A stretch of 64,000 nucleotides of DNA from Macrostomum lignano (taxonomy: Eukaryota). The position numbers and the translations under genes were made by a program. The notes below the pieces were generated by a model that was given only the letters and a program-made list of their open reading frames with translations, was not told the DNA's origin and made no database searches. The stretch is taken from the NCBI GenBank assembly GCA_002269645.1, contig NIVC01004014.1, positions 1 to 64,000 of the forward strand. Reading direction: 5' to 3'. Below are positions 25,738 through 39,600 of this stretch, piece by piece; the first letter of the stretch is position 1; the number at the start of each line of letters is the position of its first letter.

Positions 25738-25999
25738 TAAAGTATCAAATTTATTAAGCTTCCAACGTAAGGTCTTAGCGTCCAACTCATATGATTATAG
25801 CTTCTGAGGACCTGAAAGATTAGCTTCTAACCCTGCCGACACGCACAAACTGCTCAAGTAAGTCCCCTTTTCGAAGACTCAAGCCCCGTTCCCGCACTCA
25901 ACTGCAGCTGCCAGAGCGACAAGCGGCTGACGGGCAGCAGCGACCGACAGCCAATAGCAGCCCGCCCAGCTGAGCCAGTAGCCGCCAGTCACCATCGCC

Positions 26000-27590
26000 A
26001 TGCTGTACGTGCCCTCCTACATGAGCCCCAGCGGCGGCCTGGGCACAATGAGCCACTCCCGCGAGGACCTCAGCATGTCTGGCGGGCAGTCAGACAGCCG
26101 ACAGCAGCACCAGCAGAAGCGGCACCAGAGGAAGAAGAAGAATCAGCAGAAAAACAAATTTGGGGGCGGCGGGGACGGCGGCGGCTCCTCGAGGCGCACC
26201 AAGCTGGTGCGGTTCGAGTCGCAGACATCGCATCTGCGCCTCTACAGGCAGAGGCAGCAGGCGACAGCGGCAGAGAACGAGGACAACGATGAGGAAGAGG
26301 AAGCTGCATCGGTTGTCACCGTTTCAGAGGGCGAAGACGACAACGACAACCGACAGCAGCGCAGCGGCAGCGGCGGCTTCCGGTCCCCGCCGATTCCCTC
26401 CGCCCGGCACCTTCCAGCCGTGTCAGCGGCATCAGCGGCGGCATCCGCCTTCCACGACTGCCACCTGCTGGGCTGCGAGCGGGTCCGCCTGAACGTGTCC
26501 GGCATGCACTTCGAGACCCGGCTGGGCGTCCTCAACCAGCACCCGCGCACCCTGCTGGGCAACCCGCAGAAGCGGGCGCGCTACTTCGACAGGCGCAGCC
26601 ACGAGTACTTCTTTGACAGGCACCGGCCCACCTTTGAGGCCGTATTCAACTACTACCAGTACGGCGGCAAGCTGAAGCGGCCGCCCACCGTCACGGACGA
26701 CATCTTCCTGTCCGAGCTGGAGTTCTACGAGATCGAGCGCGAGGTCATCGACGCCTACAAGAAGGACGAAGGCTACATCTCTGAGACTGTCGTGCTGCCC
26801 GAGCACCCGTTCAAGCGAGCCGTCTGGATGCTGTTCGAGTACCCGGAGACCAGCGCGCCCGCCTTCCTCATCGCCATCGTGTCGGTGGTCTTCACCATCC
26901 TGTCAATCATTCTGTTCTGCGCCGAGACGCTCCACGAATTCAAAGGAACGCACTGCGTGCCGTCCGGCCTGCCGAACTTCTTCGACCCGTTCTTCGTGCC
27001 GAGTCGGCCTGCACGGCCTGGTTCACCATCGAGCTGGTGGTCCGCTTCCTCGTCTGCCCGTGCAAGAAGGCGTTCATGAAGGACATCAAGAATGCGGTGG
27101 ACCTGTCGGCCATTGTGCCGTACTATGTCACCCTCACTAATGTGCTGGTCACGATGAGCTGCGAGGGTGCCCGGTCGAGCGCCTCGCTGGCCTTCCTGCG
27201 AGTTGTCCGCCTCATCCGGGTGTTCAAGCTCACCAAGCACTCGGCCGACCTGCAGGTGCTGGTGCTCACCTTCCGGGCCAGCATCGAAGGTCTCGGACTC
27301 TTCCTGGTGGCGTTGATAGTCTGCATCCTGCTGTTCTCCTCCACCATCTACTATGTTGAGAGCGAGGTGCGCGCTCTCAGATCGAAAGCATCCCGGACGC
27401 GTTCTGGTGGGCGGTCATCACCATGTGCACCGTGGGCTACGGCGACAAGGTGCCGAAGGGCCCGCTGGGCAAGATCGTCGGCTCCGTGTGCGCCGTGGCG
27501 GGCGTGCTGACCCTGGCGATCCCCGTGCCGATCATCACGGAGAACTTCAACAAGTTCTACACGCACAAGACTGGACGGGGCAGGCACTGA
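26000..27590 (+). CDS. KCNA: Shaker/Kv1 voltage-gated potassium channel, intronless, with two 1-bp frameshifts in this sequence (near 26998 and 27370)
   Basis: Kv1-type T1 domain ([14 protein letters not shown]...[27 protein letters not shown]) and S1 ([11 protein letters not shown]). After the first frameshift: S2 [17 protein letters not shown]3, S4 [15 protein letters not shown] and S5. After the second: pore [20 protein letters not shown] and S6 [12 protein letters not shown]. Stop at 27588-27590. Confidence 0.95.
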
Positions 27591-27771
27591 GGCCGATGCT
27601 CCAGTTGGCCCTGTGCGCTCCCCCCCGCAAGTCGCGAGAGGCTTCTAGGAATCCAAGACGCATTGGCGAGACAGGAAATTCTGTACCTTCAGCCTTGAGT
27701 TGCCAGTTTGCTCATTTTCTTGACTTTCAGACTTTCCAACATTCATTTTTGAAAAAAGGCGAAAAATAAAA

Positions 27772-27843
27772 AGAGCTGGAATCGAACCAGGGGGCGTCTT
27801 GGCGCCAGAGCCAGACGGGTTTACCGCTCAGCTGCTCCGCCCC
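27772..27843 (-). other. tRNA-like sequence (SINE head or tRNA pseudogene)
   Basis: The minus strand reads GGGGCGGAGCAGCTGAGCGG...CCTGGTTCGATTCCAG followed by T-runs. Boxes A/B and the T-arm are present, but the acceptor stem does not pair. Confidence 0.55.
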
Positions 27844-28452
27844 GAAGGTTTCACAAGCCTAAAAAGTATCCGAGACAGACAGGTTAAAAGCGCTGTTTAA
27901 GCAAATCACGGCCCTTCTGACCTGCGAGCATTTTTATAAACAGAGAGAAAGTAGGCGATGTACTTCTAGCAATTGAAAGATGCCTGTCTCGCTAATGCAT
28001 CCCGAAATCCTTCACGCGCGTTCCTCTGCCAGTGCTCACCTCACCTCTCATTCTCCTACCTGCTGACTAAGGTGCTTCCCTCCTCACTGTGCGTTGGTAT
28101 CCGATGCAACACATAGCGGCGGCCATGTACCCGAACAGACTGACTTTACTCACCTTGTGTCAAGCTGTGAAGGTTATTCTTCTCTTGTACAATAAGTTTT
28201 GCCTTGTATTCTGTCTCAACCCGTGTTCCCTGCAGTGTTCTTACGGAGCAGCTGCAGGTATTTTATTGCGCTAATCATTTAATTATTTTTAATCCACCAG
28301 CTGTGAACTGCAGTTGCAGCACCACAAGTAAAAGCGGTTTTGCAGTGGCACAGTCGAATGCAATGCAATAAATTGCTGTGAATAATTAAAGCCTGCAATT
28401 GGTGTATTGTAGAGTTTTTCCTGAGTGGGGCTTCACTATTTATAATTCAAGG

Positions 28453-28906
<454 letters not shown>

Positions 28907-29517
28907 CTGTAGTGACAACGGGGCGTGCACAGTTGGAAATGCAATCTGAATTGGGCTATCAATCTGCGCTTGCATAATTATTAGCAGAGGTTATCGGCAT
29001 TGGTGGAATCATTTGTTTCATACTGCTTCTTCTGCTTCCTCCGGCGAGGCAATCATTGGGCTGGAAGCATAAAAAAGCAGGCAAACAGGGGACTCTTCCG
29101 GTGCGCTTGCATGCGAATCCGGGGAGAAGGAGATCAAGGAAGCCGTTGCACCCCCGGCCAGCTGTCTGGCACCAGCTGGCTTCCCCTGTCAGCGGGCGCC
29201 CTTCTCTTGCCCTGCCGCGATGGGCCGCGCGTGTTTTCTTTCTTAGAAACACACTTTATCCGCTTTGGCTTTCTTTTCTGGGCCGAATTTATGCTGGTCG
29301 GGATTTCCAACTGACAAGATGGGGATGGGTGGGATTAGTGCCTGAGAGAGGACGCGACAGTCATCATGGTAACTTTTTTGGAATGATGCGGATGAGCCCA
29401 AGGTGTCACTCGGGCCCGGATCTTGATGAAAATCTTGACTTTTGAAATGTACGAGAAAATCTGCATAAAGTACGCAATCAGTGATGACCTTTGAAGTCAT
29501 CGGATTCTGAGACAGGA

Positions 29518-29782
29518 AGTTTGGGGATTGTGAAGCTTGGGGATTGTGTAGCTTGGGGATTGTGAAGCTTGGGGATTGTGTAGCTTGGGGATTGTGAAGC
29601 TTGGGGATTGTGAAGCTTGGGGATTGTGAAGCTTGGGGGTTGTGAAGCTTGGGGATTGTGAAGCTTGGGGATTGTGAAGCTTGGGGATTGTGAAGCTTGG
29701 GGATTGTGAAGCTTGGGGATTGTGAAGCTTGGGGGTTGTGAAGCTTGGGGATTGTGAAGCTTGGGGATTGTGAAGCTTGGGG
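29518..29782. repeat. 16-bp minisatellite (tgaagcttggggattg), about 16 copies
   Basis: Direct periodicity. Confidence 0.95.
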
Positions 29783-30217
29783 TTTTTGCGGTTTTGTCCC
29801 AAGCCAGGCACTGAAGTCAAGATATTCCCAGCCAACGAAAGAACCGGCCCCCAATCGTCTAAGTGGCGGCCGAAAATGAGATTGACAATTTTGTTCAATT
29901 CAGGGAGCCCGCCCACCTGGCCCAGACGCCGCCGGACGCCCAGGATCAATGGGGGCAGTGACTCAATTATTCAGCAGAGGCAGCTGGCGATTCCGCTGGC
30001 TGAGCTTCGGGCCACCTGCTGACCCGTTCGTTTTGTGTGGGTAAATGAGGGAGACAGGAGGACAACTGGCATGCATTATGCAGCTGGGGAGCCGGGCTGG
30101 ATGGGACACGATTGGACAGTGTTTTGTGATGCAGTTGCTCCGCCTACAGACTGACCCTGCAGTGAGTATTTTTTGCAGTGGTTCCTGCTAGCAAACTCTT
30201 GTTTATCTATCTACTGG

Positions 30218-32014
<1,797 letters not shown>

Positions 32015-32722
32015 CCAGTATCTCGGTTAGCCTGAAAAATGAATGAAATCTGGAGAACTCCAAAGGAAAGCGGGGCAGTCTGCAGTGTACTATTGGGTGT
32101 ACCAATCAGTTTGATGCTGCTAAGCAAAGCAGCCCGCAGGGACCATCACCCGGGGACCGCAGGACACTGTGGAGCTCAAAAATCGGGGAGACAGCAACAC
32201 AGGCAGGCTGATGCGGCTCAGAGATATATGGGATTTATTATGCGGCGCACAAATCCCTCGGCGGCCCAGTCGGGGACTCCGGTGACCCCGGGGAGGCTGA
32301 GCAGATACTCTCGGTCAAACAGCGACTTTCGGGGGGGGGGTCTGTCAGAGCGGCAGCTCTGCTTTGCATATCCGGCATTCGATGGACTCGCGTCTGTTTC
32401 AGCATCCCTTCTCTTGCCTGGCCATCGCTTCATCTTTTATGCCTTCCCGAGCTGAGTTCTCCCGAATAGCCTGTTCGGAAGAATCCGGCACTGACCTGAG
32501 CTTCCGAACTCTGTCTCTCCGTATCTATACCTGGCTTTCTCACCTGCATTCAGCTGCTCCGCCCCATCATCATTATTTTGTCTTGTCGAATAAAAATACA
32601 GTTTTTTTACAATGGATGGATGGGACTTATGGGTGTTCCAATGTGCAACTCCTACTTATAGTAGGCAGGCTAGAATAGAAGAATCTATCTTATTTGATTT
32701 CGATGATTAAGGAAGCAAATAA

Positions 32723-33525
32723 AAAGCAGGATAATTAGCATCATGAACCCCATTGTGTCCCTTACAGACATTTTTCTTTGTGCAATGAACCCCATTGTGT
32801 CCCTTACAGACATTTTTCTTTGTGAAATGAACCCCATTGTGTCCCTTACAGACATTTTTCTTTGTGCAATGAACCTCATTGTGTCCCTTACAGACATTTT
32901 TCTTTGCGCAATGAACCTCATTGTGTCCCTTACAGACATTTTTCTTCGTGCAATGAACCTCATTGTGTCCCTTACAGACATTTTTCTTCGTGCAATGAAC
33001 CTCATTGTGTCCCTTACAGACATTTTTCTTCGCGCAATGAACCTCATTGTGTCCCTTACAGACATTTTTCTTCGTGCAATGAACCCCATTGTGTCCCTTA
33101 CAGACATTTTTCTTCGCTCAATGAACCCCATTGTGTCCCTTACAGACATTTTTCTTCGCTCAATGAACCCCATTGTGTCCCTTACAGACATTTTTCGCGC
33201 TATGAACCCCATTGTGTCCCTTACAGACATTTTTCGCGCTATGAACCCCATTGTGTCCCTTACAGACATTTTTCGCGCTATGAACCCCATTGTGTCCCTT
33301 ACAGACATTTTTCGCGCTATGAACCCCATTGTGTCCCTTACAGACATTTTTCGCGCTATGAACCCCATTGTGTCCCTTACAGACATTTTTCGCGCTATGA
33401 ACCCCATTGTGTCCCTTACAGACATTTTTCGCGCTATGAACCCCATTGTGTCCCTTACAGACATTTTTCGCGCTATGAACCCCATTGTGTCCCTTACAGA
33501 CATTTTTCTTCGCGCAATGAACCCC
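32723..33525. repeat. 42/39-bp minisatellite (atgaaccccattgtgtcccttacagacatttttc...), about 20 copies
   Basis: Direct periodicity; ORFs show 14-aa and 13-aa repeats. Confidence 0.96.
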
Positions 33526-34211
33526 ATTGTCACCCAGATAGCCATTTTTCGATGCGCCGTCATCCAGTTCAGTGCCATAATTTTAATTTGGGGCCAGGAG
33601 ACGCACTTTGAGCACACTTATAACGACACTGTTGCGTTTCTTTGTTCAGCAAACTGTCCCTGAGAGCTTCGTTGTTAATCTGCCCCTCCCCCCAGAGTGC
33701 GCAGCGTGCTCAACACGCACCAAGCCCTTCGCTCCCCTATGCAAAGAAAAGCTTTCCTTTTGTCCACCAAATTCGGCCCAGCAGTTTTCTACTCAGCAAA
33801 GCCACCCTCCCGGCCATTCCACTGCATGCGGCCACGTCGGAGCAGCCCCAATTCCCATTCTCCCTTTTCCGCTGCTGTTCCCTCGACCTTCCCGTGCATG
33901 CGCGAAAGGGTGAATATGGGGAGCGAGCGGCTCTGACTGGGATATTTGGGGGGAGCAGGACTGCAGGAAGTGACTGAGAGGCAGAGAAATAGGGAGCAGA
34001 GGAGCAATCCAGTTCTGCCCAGTGCTGCTGCGGCGTGAATGTGGTTGCTGCTGAGCCGCCCCCAGTGAGAGGAGGAGGGGGAGTGGCTTTCTGAGGACAG
34101 CAGCTCAGCAGAAAAGCCTGGGTTAGAGGCAGGAGGAGACTCAACCGGGTGAGTTGAGAGGGCCGAGGTTCAACCAGCAGACATTGTTGCTCCTGCGTAG
34201 CTATTGGCGCA

Positions 34212-35267
34212 ATGTCCCTAACCCTGCTGCTCCTGCTGTCTATGGCCGGACTGCCGGCTCTGAGCCTCGCATGCTCCGGTCAGGTCCGCCTCTTCCAGGT
34301 GGCTGGCGAGCGGTCCTGGGTTCGAGTCCGACTGCAGCTGCCTCCGGCCTGCACCCTGGCTGGCATGGGCACCTCGGCCGCTCCGAAGCTGTCAATCCGG
34401 CCGGCAAACGGGACGGTTCTGAGCCGCCACGTGATCAACTCGCTGAGACAGCTGCCCGGCAGCAAGCAGCTGGACCTGCTGCACACTTTCCGCGGCCTGC
34501 AGGCGGGCAGGAACTTCTCAGTGTGCATCGACATCCACACTCTCAAGGCCAGCTCGAATGGTACCCAGAGCACCATGCCGCAGCGTTGCGCACTGGCCTC
34601 CACGACTGACGCTCCGGGCCCCACTCGATGGGACAGCATCTTGGCCGTCTGCCTGGCCATGCTGTACATTCTGGCTCTGGTCAGTGAAGCTTTTGAAGCT
34701 TTAACTGTTTTTAATTCATAAGTACGATAGGGAAAATAATCAGTTTTATTCTTCATATCCCCAAATCCCACATCCCACATCATATGATCTCATAAAACCT
34801 CATCGACCATTTTACGAGTATACCCCAGACCCCACGCTCCAAATAGCAAATCTCTTATCCCACATCCCATGTCTCACATCCCTCAATCCCATACCCCACA
34901 CCCCTTATCACATACACCACATCCCTTATCACATACTACACATCATTTATCCCATACCCCACACCCTTAATCCCACACCCCGCATTCCTTCAACCCGCTA
35001 GCCATACTCCAAATGCTTATCCCATACCCCACGTCCCTTATCCCATTATCACGCCAACAAGTCTCACAGCCAGCTCCCGCGCCAACGCCCAACCCGCAGC
35101 TGCTTTTGGCGCTGATTTGCTGGCGCCTCCGCTCCTGCCTTGGCGCCTGGAGCGGCCAGGTCACCTGCGACCTCGAAGCAGCCGAGGCAGCCGAATCGAA
35201 GAAGGCGGAAGCGGCGGCCGCCCAGCCAGTGGTGGCCACCAGGGTGACGCGGGCCAATCTGATCTGA
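34212..35267 (+). CDS. Small type I membrane protein with one FN3-like ectodomain (exons 34212-34679 and 35100-35267)
   Basis: Signal peptide MSLTLLLLLSMAGLPALSLA and FN3-like FRGLQAGRNFSVCI. A phase-0 intron 34680-35099 (gtcagt...ccgcag) completes a transmembrane helix ILAVCLAMLYILAL|LLLALICW followed by basic RLR and a short tail. Confidence 0.68.
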
Positions 35268-35484
35268 CGGGATGCGCTTTCGCTGCCCCCTGCGCCGTCT
35301 TCCACCAGCCGAATGCCAAGGTCGGAGCCGCTCCGAAGCTAAAGAGATTTAGCTGCACATTGCTTGCCGTTTGTGAAAGCATTGGGACCGTGTTTGATGC
35401 AGGGCTCAAGCTCGAACTTGTTGTTTTTCTATCCTGCTGACACATTGCTAGCCTACTCGCTTTGTCACTCTGTATCGTCCCGCT

Positions 35485-36015
35485 CTTCATCATCCGCTTC
35501 TCATCCCTTCCTTCTCCCTTCATCATCCACTTCTCAACCCTTCCTTCTCCCTTCATCATCCGCTTCTCATCCCTTCCTTCTCCCTTCATCATCCGCTTCT
35601 CATCCCTTCCTTCTCCCTTCATCATCCACTTCTCAACCCTTCCTTCTCCCTTCATCATCCGCTTCTCATCCCTTCCTTCTCCCTTCATCATCCGCTTCTC
35701 ATTCCTTCATTTTCCCTTCATCATCCGCTCCTCATCCCTTCCTTCTCCCTTAATCATCCGCTTCTCATCCCTTCCTTCTCCCTTCATCATCCGCTTCTCA
35801 TTCCTTCATTTTCCCTTCATCATCCACTTCTCATCCCTTCCTTCTCCCTTCATCATCCGCTTCTCATCCCTTCCTTCTCTCTTCATCATCCGCTTCTCAT
35901 CCCTTCCTTCTCCCTTCATCATCCGCTTCTCAACCCTTCCTTCTCCCTTCATCATCCGCTTCTCATCCCTTCCTTCTCCCTTCATCATCCGCTTCTCATC
36001 CCTTCCTTCTTCCTT
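35485..36015. repeat. 33-bp pyrimidine-rich minisatellite, about 16 copies
   Basis: Direct periodicity (11-aa repeat MMKGEGRDEKR on the minus strand). Confidence 0.95.
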
Positions 36016-36612
36016 CATAATCCCTTCCTTATGCCCTCATCATCCTGCATCACCCCTTAATCATATGAGTTGTTTAACCTCTCCCCTCGTCCTCCCCTCC
36101 TCTCTACTCGTCCCAGCTTATCCACATGTAAAATCCAGTTTGAACTGTGAGCATGAGAAATTGCAACTTTGAAGTGTTCTGTAAATTGATTTATTAAGTA
36201 TGAAATATTTAGAAATCTTTCATTGCTGTAGCTGTTGCAAAGACATTTGGAAGCTTACCATGCCGTTTTCTATCTCTGAGCACATTTAAGCTAAAAAACA
36301 TTTAATTCGAACTCCCAATGAGGCTACGCTTGTAATAGTAAACCCGTCAGCACTCTACTTAAAGTATTATATTCCAGCGTGCAAACATTATTGGAAGCTG
36401 ATCATACTTAAAAAGTCTCGAGCGACAATAAGCAATTGAACTTTGATCTTAGCTTGGATCAATGTCTACAGTATAGAGAAAGCATCGTGTGTGTCCATTT
36501 GAATTGTTTTCTTCTTTCAATTTGGTCAGGAAGTGCTGGAAGCGGGCAAAAACTGGGCACAATAGGACACAGTAACGAAGACTGGATTCAGCAAATTATG
36601 CGAACTATTTAA

Positions 36613-39600
36613 TCATTTGAATTTCTCCTTAGAAAAGATGAATTGCACGGCTTTGTGGCAGTCGTCGAAGTAGAAGTGCGGCTTAGTGAGCTCGTCGTCT
36701 CGCTCGATGTCCCGGTGGCCGTGGTAGACGTGCGGGCCGCACATTGAGGTGGCGTTCGGATTGTACACCCCGGTGCCCACGAGGATGGCTACAAGGTTAA
36801 GAATATAATTAGTCAATTTTCGGAAATTATAGGTCGTTTTTTATTGCTGAAATTTGATTAGTGTTTCACTAATGGCAGATAAAGAAGTGAGTGTGGTGTA
36901 CAGTTAAGACTTAAAAGTAATACGTACATATTCTCTTTTATTGATTTTTAATGAGCGCTTCTTAGGGAGAGATAAGTCCATTCTGTCAGAGAGGAATTTG
37001 GAGTGTCGAGAATGTACAGTTTTGGGTTTAAAGACCGTTTTTATCAATTGGTTAAGTTTGGCTAATGCCAGCCAATGAGAGGTGAGGGAAAGAGGTTAGA
37101 GAAAACAGCGAGTGGGTAGGAATGTACAGTTACGGAATTTAATGACCGCCTCTTATTATTGCTGAAGATGGGCTAGTGAGCCTCTTCACGGCAATCGGTT
37201 CTAGAACCAGAACCAGTGTGAAATGAGGAGCTTCGAACTCATTTTATGTTTGACACTCTTTACAATTTAATTTTGTCGTTTTTGACTTTGTTTCCTCTTG
37301 GATATGACAAAAAAGGAATAATTATATAACAATAATAAAAAATTGACGATTTCAAATATATTTACTGTTAAAATGTAAACATGACAACGGTTCGAGAAAA
37401 TTTCTCGAACAATATTCTAGAACCAGAACCATGTTCCGGAACCGGTTCCGTTTTTCGAACCGGCGATATGAAGAGGCTCAGTTGTCTATCAGGGGAAGAT
37501 AAGCAGAGGTTAGAATGTGGCGACTGGCGAGAGTGTATGATATTTGAGGCTTTTATGGCTGTTTTTCGATTAGTAAATATGGTCTGCGCGAGATGACCAG
37601 AGATTACTCGTAATAGGAGATGTTGGGACTAGGGTAGCTTACAGAGAAAGGTGGGTAGGAATACAATCCCTGGATCTCGGGATCCCGAAATCCCAGGATT
37701 CTCAGGATCGGGATATCCCGGACTTTGAAAATCCCGGGATTATGGGGATCGGGATATCCCGGACTTTGCCAATCCCGGGATCTCAACATATTGGGCCGGG
37801 ATCTCGTGATCCTGGGATTAAAAAAAAAGTTTATAATCTTTGTTGGTGCAATTTGGGTGTACGAAGCCATCTAACCTGATTTTGTCTGATGTACGGGCTG
37901 GGGCTGGCGCAATAGACGTGCTTCTTTACATGCCAGTATCAGCTCAGGAAAATCACACCTGATTGTGATGTAACCTGGGGAATGATAGCTTACAGAGCTA
38001 TCGAGGCTCTGATGCCAGGGTAGAAGGGGATCAGACCTCACCCTCCCAGAGGCACCCGCCCTAGATGGAGAACTGGTAGCTTGGGTTGTGGTCCGATGCA
38101 AGGTCCCACTGTTCTGATCCCATACTACGGCCAAAGAGTTTTGAAGGTAGGGACTGCTTAAAGTACATAGTTCTGCCACCACCCCTACGCTGGGCAGCTA
38201 AAGGGTGTCCCGATAGTGCTAAGAATGAGGTCTTTCGCATAAGATGGGGGGGCTTTTGATCTGCGCAAGGTCGAATCCCGGGATTTGGGCCTAATGCCGG
38301 GATTTCGGGATCCCGGGATCCCGGGATTGTATTCCTTACCCGGGATGACACTTGTCCGGGATTCGAAAATCCCGGGATTGACCATCGGGATCCCGATCCC
38401 GGCTTGCAATAATTCAATCATTCATTCTCGAGTAGTACTAAGGTAGTATCTGCAGCTGAGCTACTGTCAGGTGAAAATCATAACCCAGTTTTCCTGCTTT
38501 TATTAATAATATTTTTAAAATGTAGGCTAGTGAGAATTAAGGCTAGTGCTGCAGGGATACAAAACTGAAGCTGTTGGGAGATCGTATAGGAGATTTCAGG
38601 TGTAACAATGTACTGCAACTGTACGAGTTTTTACGATGCATATGGTACCCGCAGACTAATGTAATTATTATTCTATAACCTGTGCACAGAGTCTAAAGCA
38701 ATAGAGACCAATTCCTCATTGTTTCCGATCACAGCGCTATAGCTTGCCAGACGGGAGTCAAACGATTGTTCATTTGAACTCTCTCTCTATCTCAAACCCA
38801 GCTAAAATCAGGGGGTCTCGACCTTGCGCAGATCAGAAGCCCCCCTATGCGAAAGACCTCATTCTTAGCACTATCAGGACACCCTTTAGATGCCTTTAGA
38901 TGACTCGGGATTTTGTATTCCCTAATGGTGGGTAGGGTAGGAATGTAGATTAATAATTACTTGAGCCAAAAATGGAAAGGGGTTTGAACTGTTGCTAAAC
39001 TTAATGACCGCATTTTGTTTTTTATTGCTACGAGCGTAAAGTTTAATTAGCCTCTCAAGGACAGATAGGCAAAAAAGAGGGAGGTGGGTGGGCGAATGTA
39101 CACAATAGGATTTACGGAATGGAATGTACAGTTTAGAATGGTTGTTTGCTGAAGTGCGACTAGTAGACTAGTTTTCAGTAAGTAGACTCCAACTTCACTT
39201 ACAGATGAAGAGCTTGGCGGAGTGTTCCATAAACTCGGCATCATCCGGTATCATACGGGACTTTGAAATGTCGATCTGACGCCTGATCGCCCGGATCTGC
39301 TCGATGGTCGGCGGGCCCGACAGGGAGCCTGAGAGGCGCCGGTAACGGCCCAGGTACTTGTTGTACAGGTTCGCGCCCTTGATGTCCACCTCGGGGTTGT
39401 CGCTGCGGGGTTTGCAGTTGATAGAGTGGTGATAGAAGCTACTGGTATCAAACACATTCCTGGTTCATTTAATGGGTTCCGGACCTTCTGGTGTCACCTT
39501 AGGGGCCTCAGTGTCACCCTAGGGGTTCCAGTTTCATCGATAAATTTCAGGTACACCTGACGCATTCGGCTGATTGAAAGCCTACATAAGCAATATCAAC

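Noticed and set aside
26990-27380. Programmed ribosomal frameshifting or a true pseudogene for the Kv1 gene
   Set aside because: There are no slippery heptamers, both breaks are fixed by one base at a G/C doublet, there are no in-frame stops, and similar breaks occur in two other genes.
27772-27843. Functional tRNA gene
   Set aside because: The acceptor stem does not pair and the anticodon loop is irregular; kept only as tRNA-like.
35317-35342. 14-nt match gccgctccgaagct to the FN3 exon, suggesting a duplicated paralog
   Set aside because: The match is too short and does not extend into flanking sequence.
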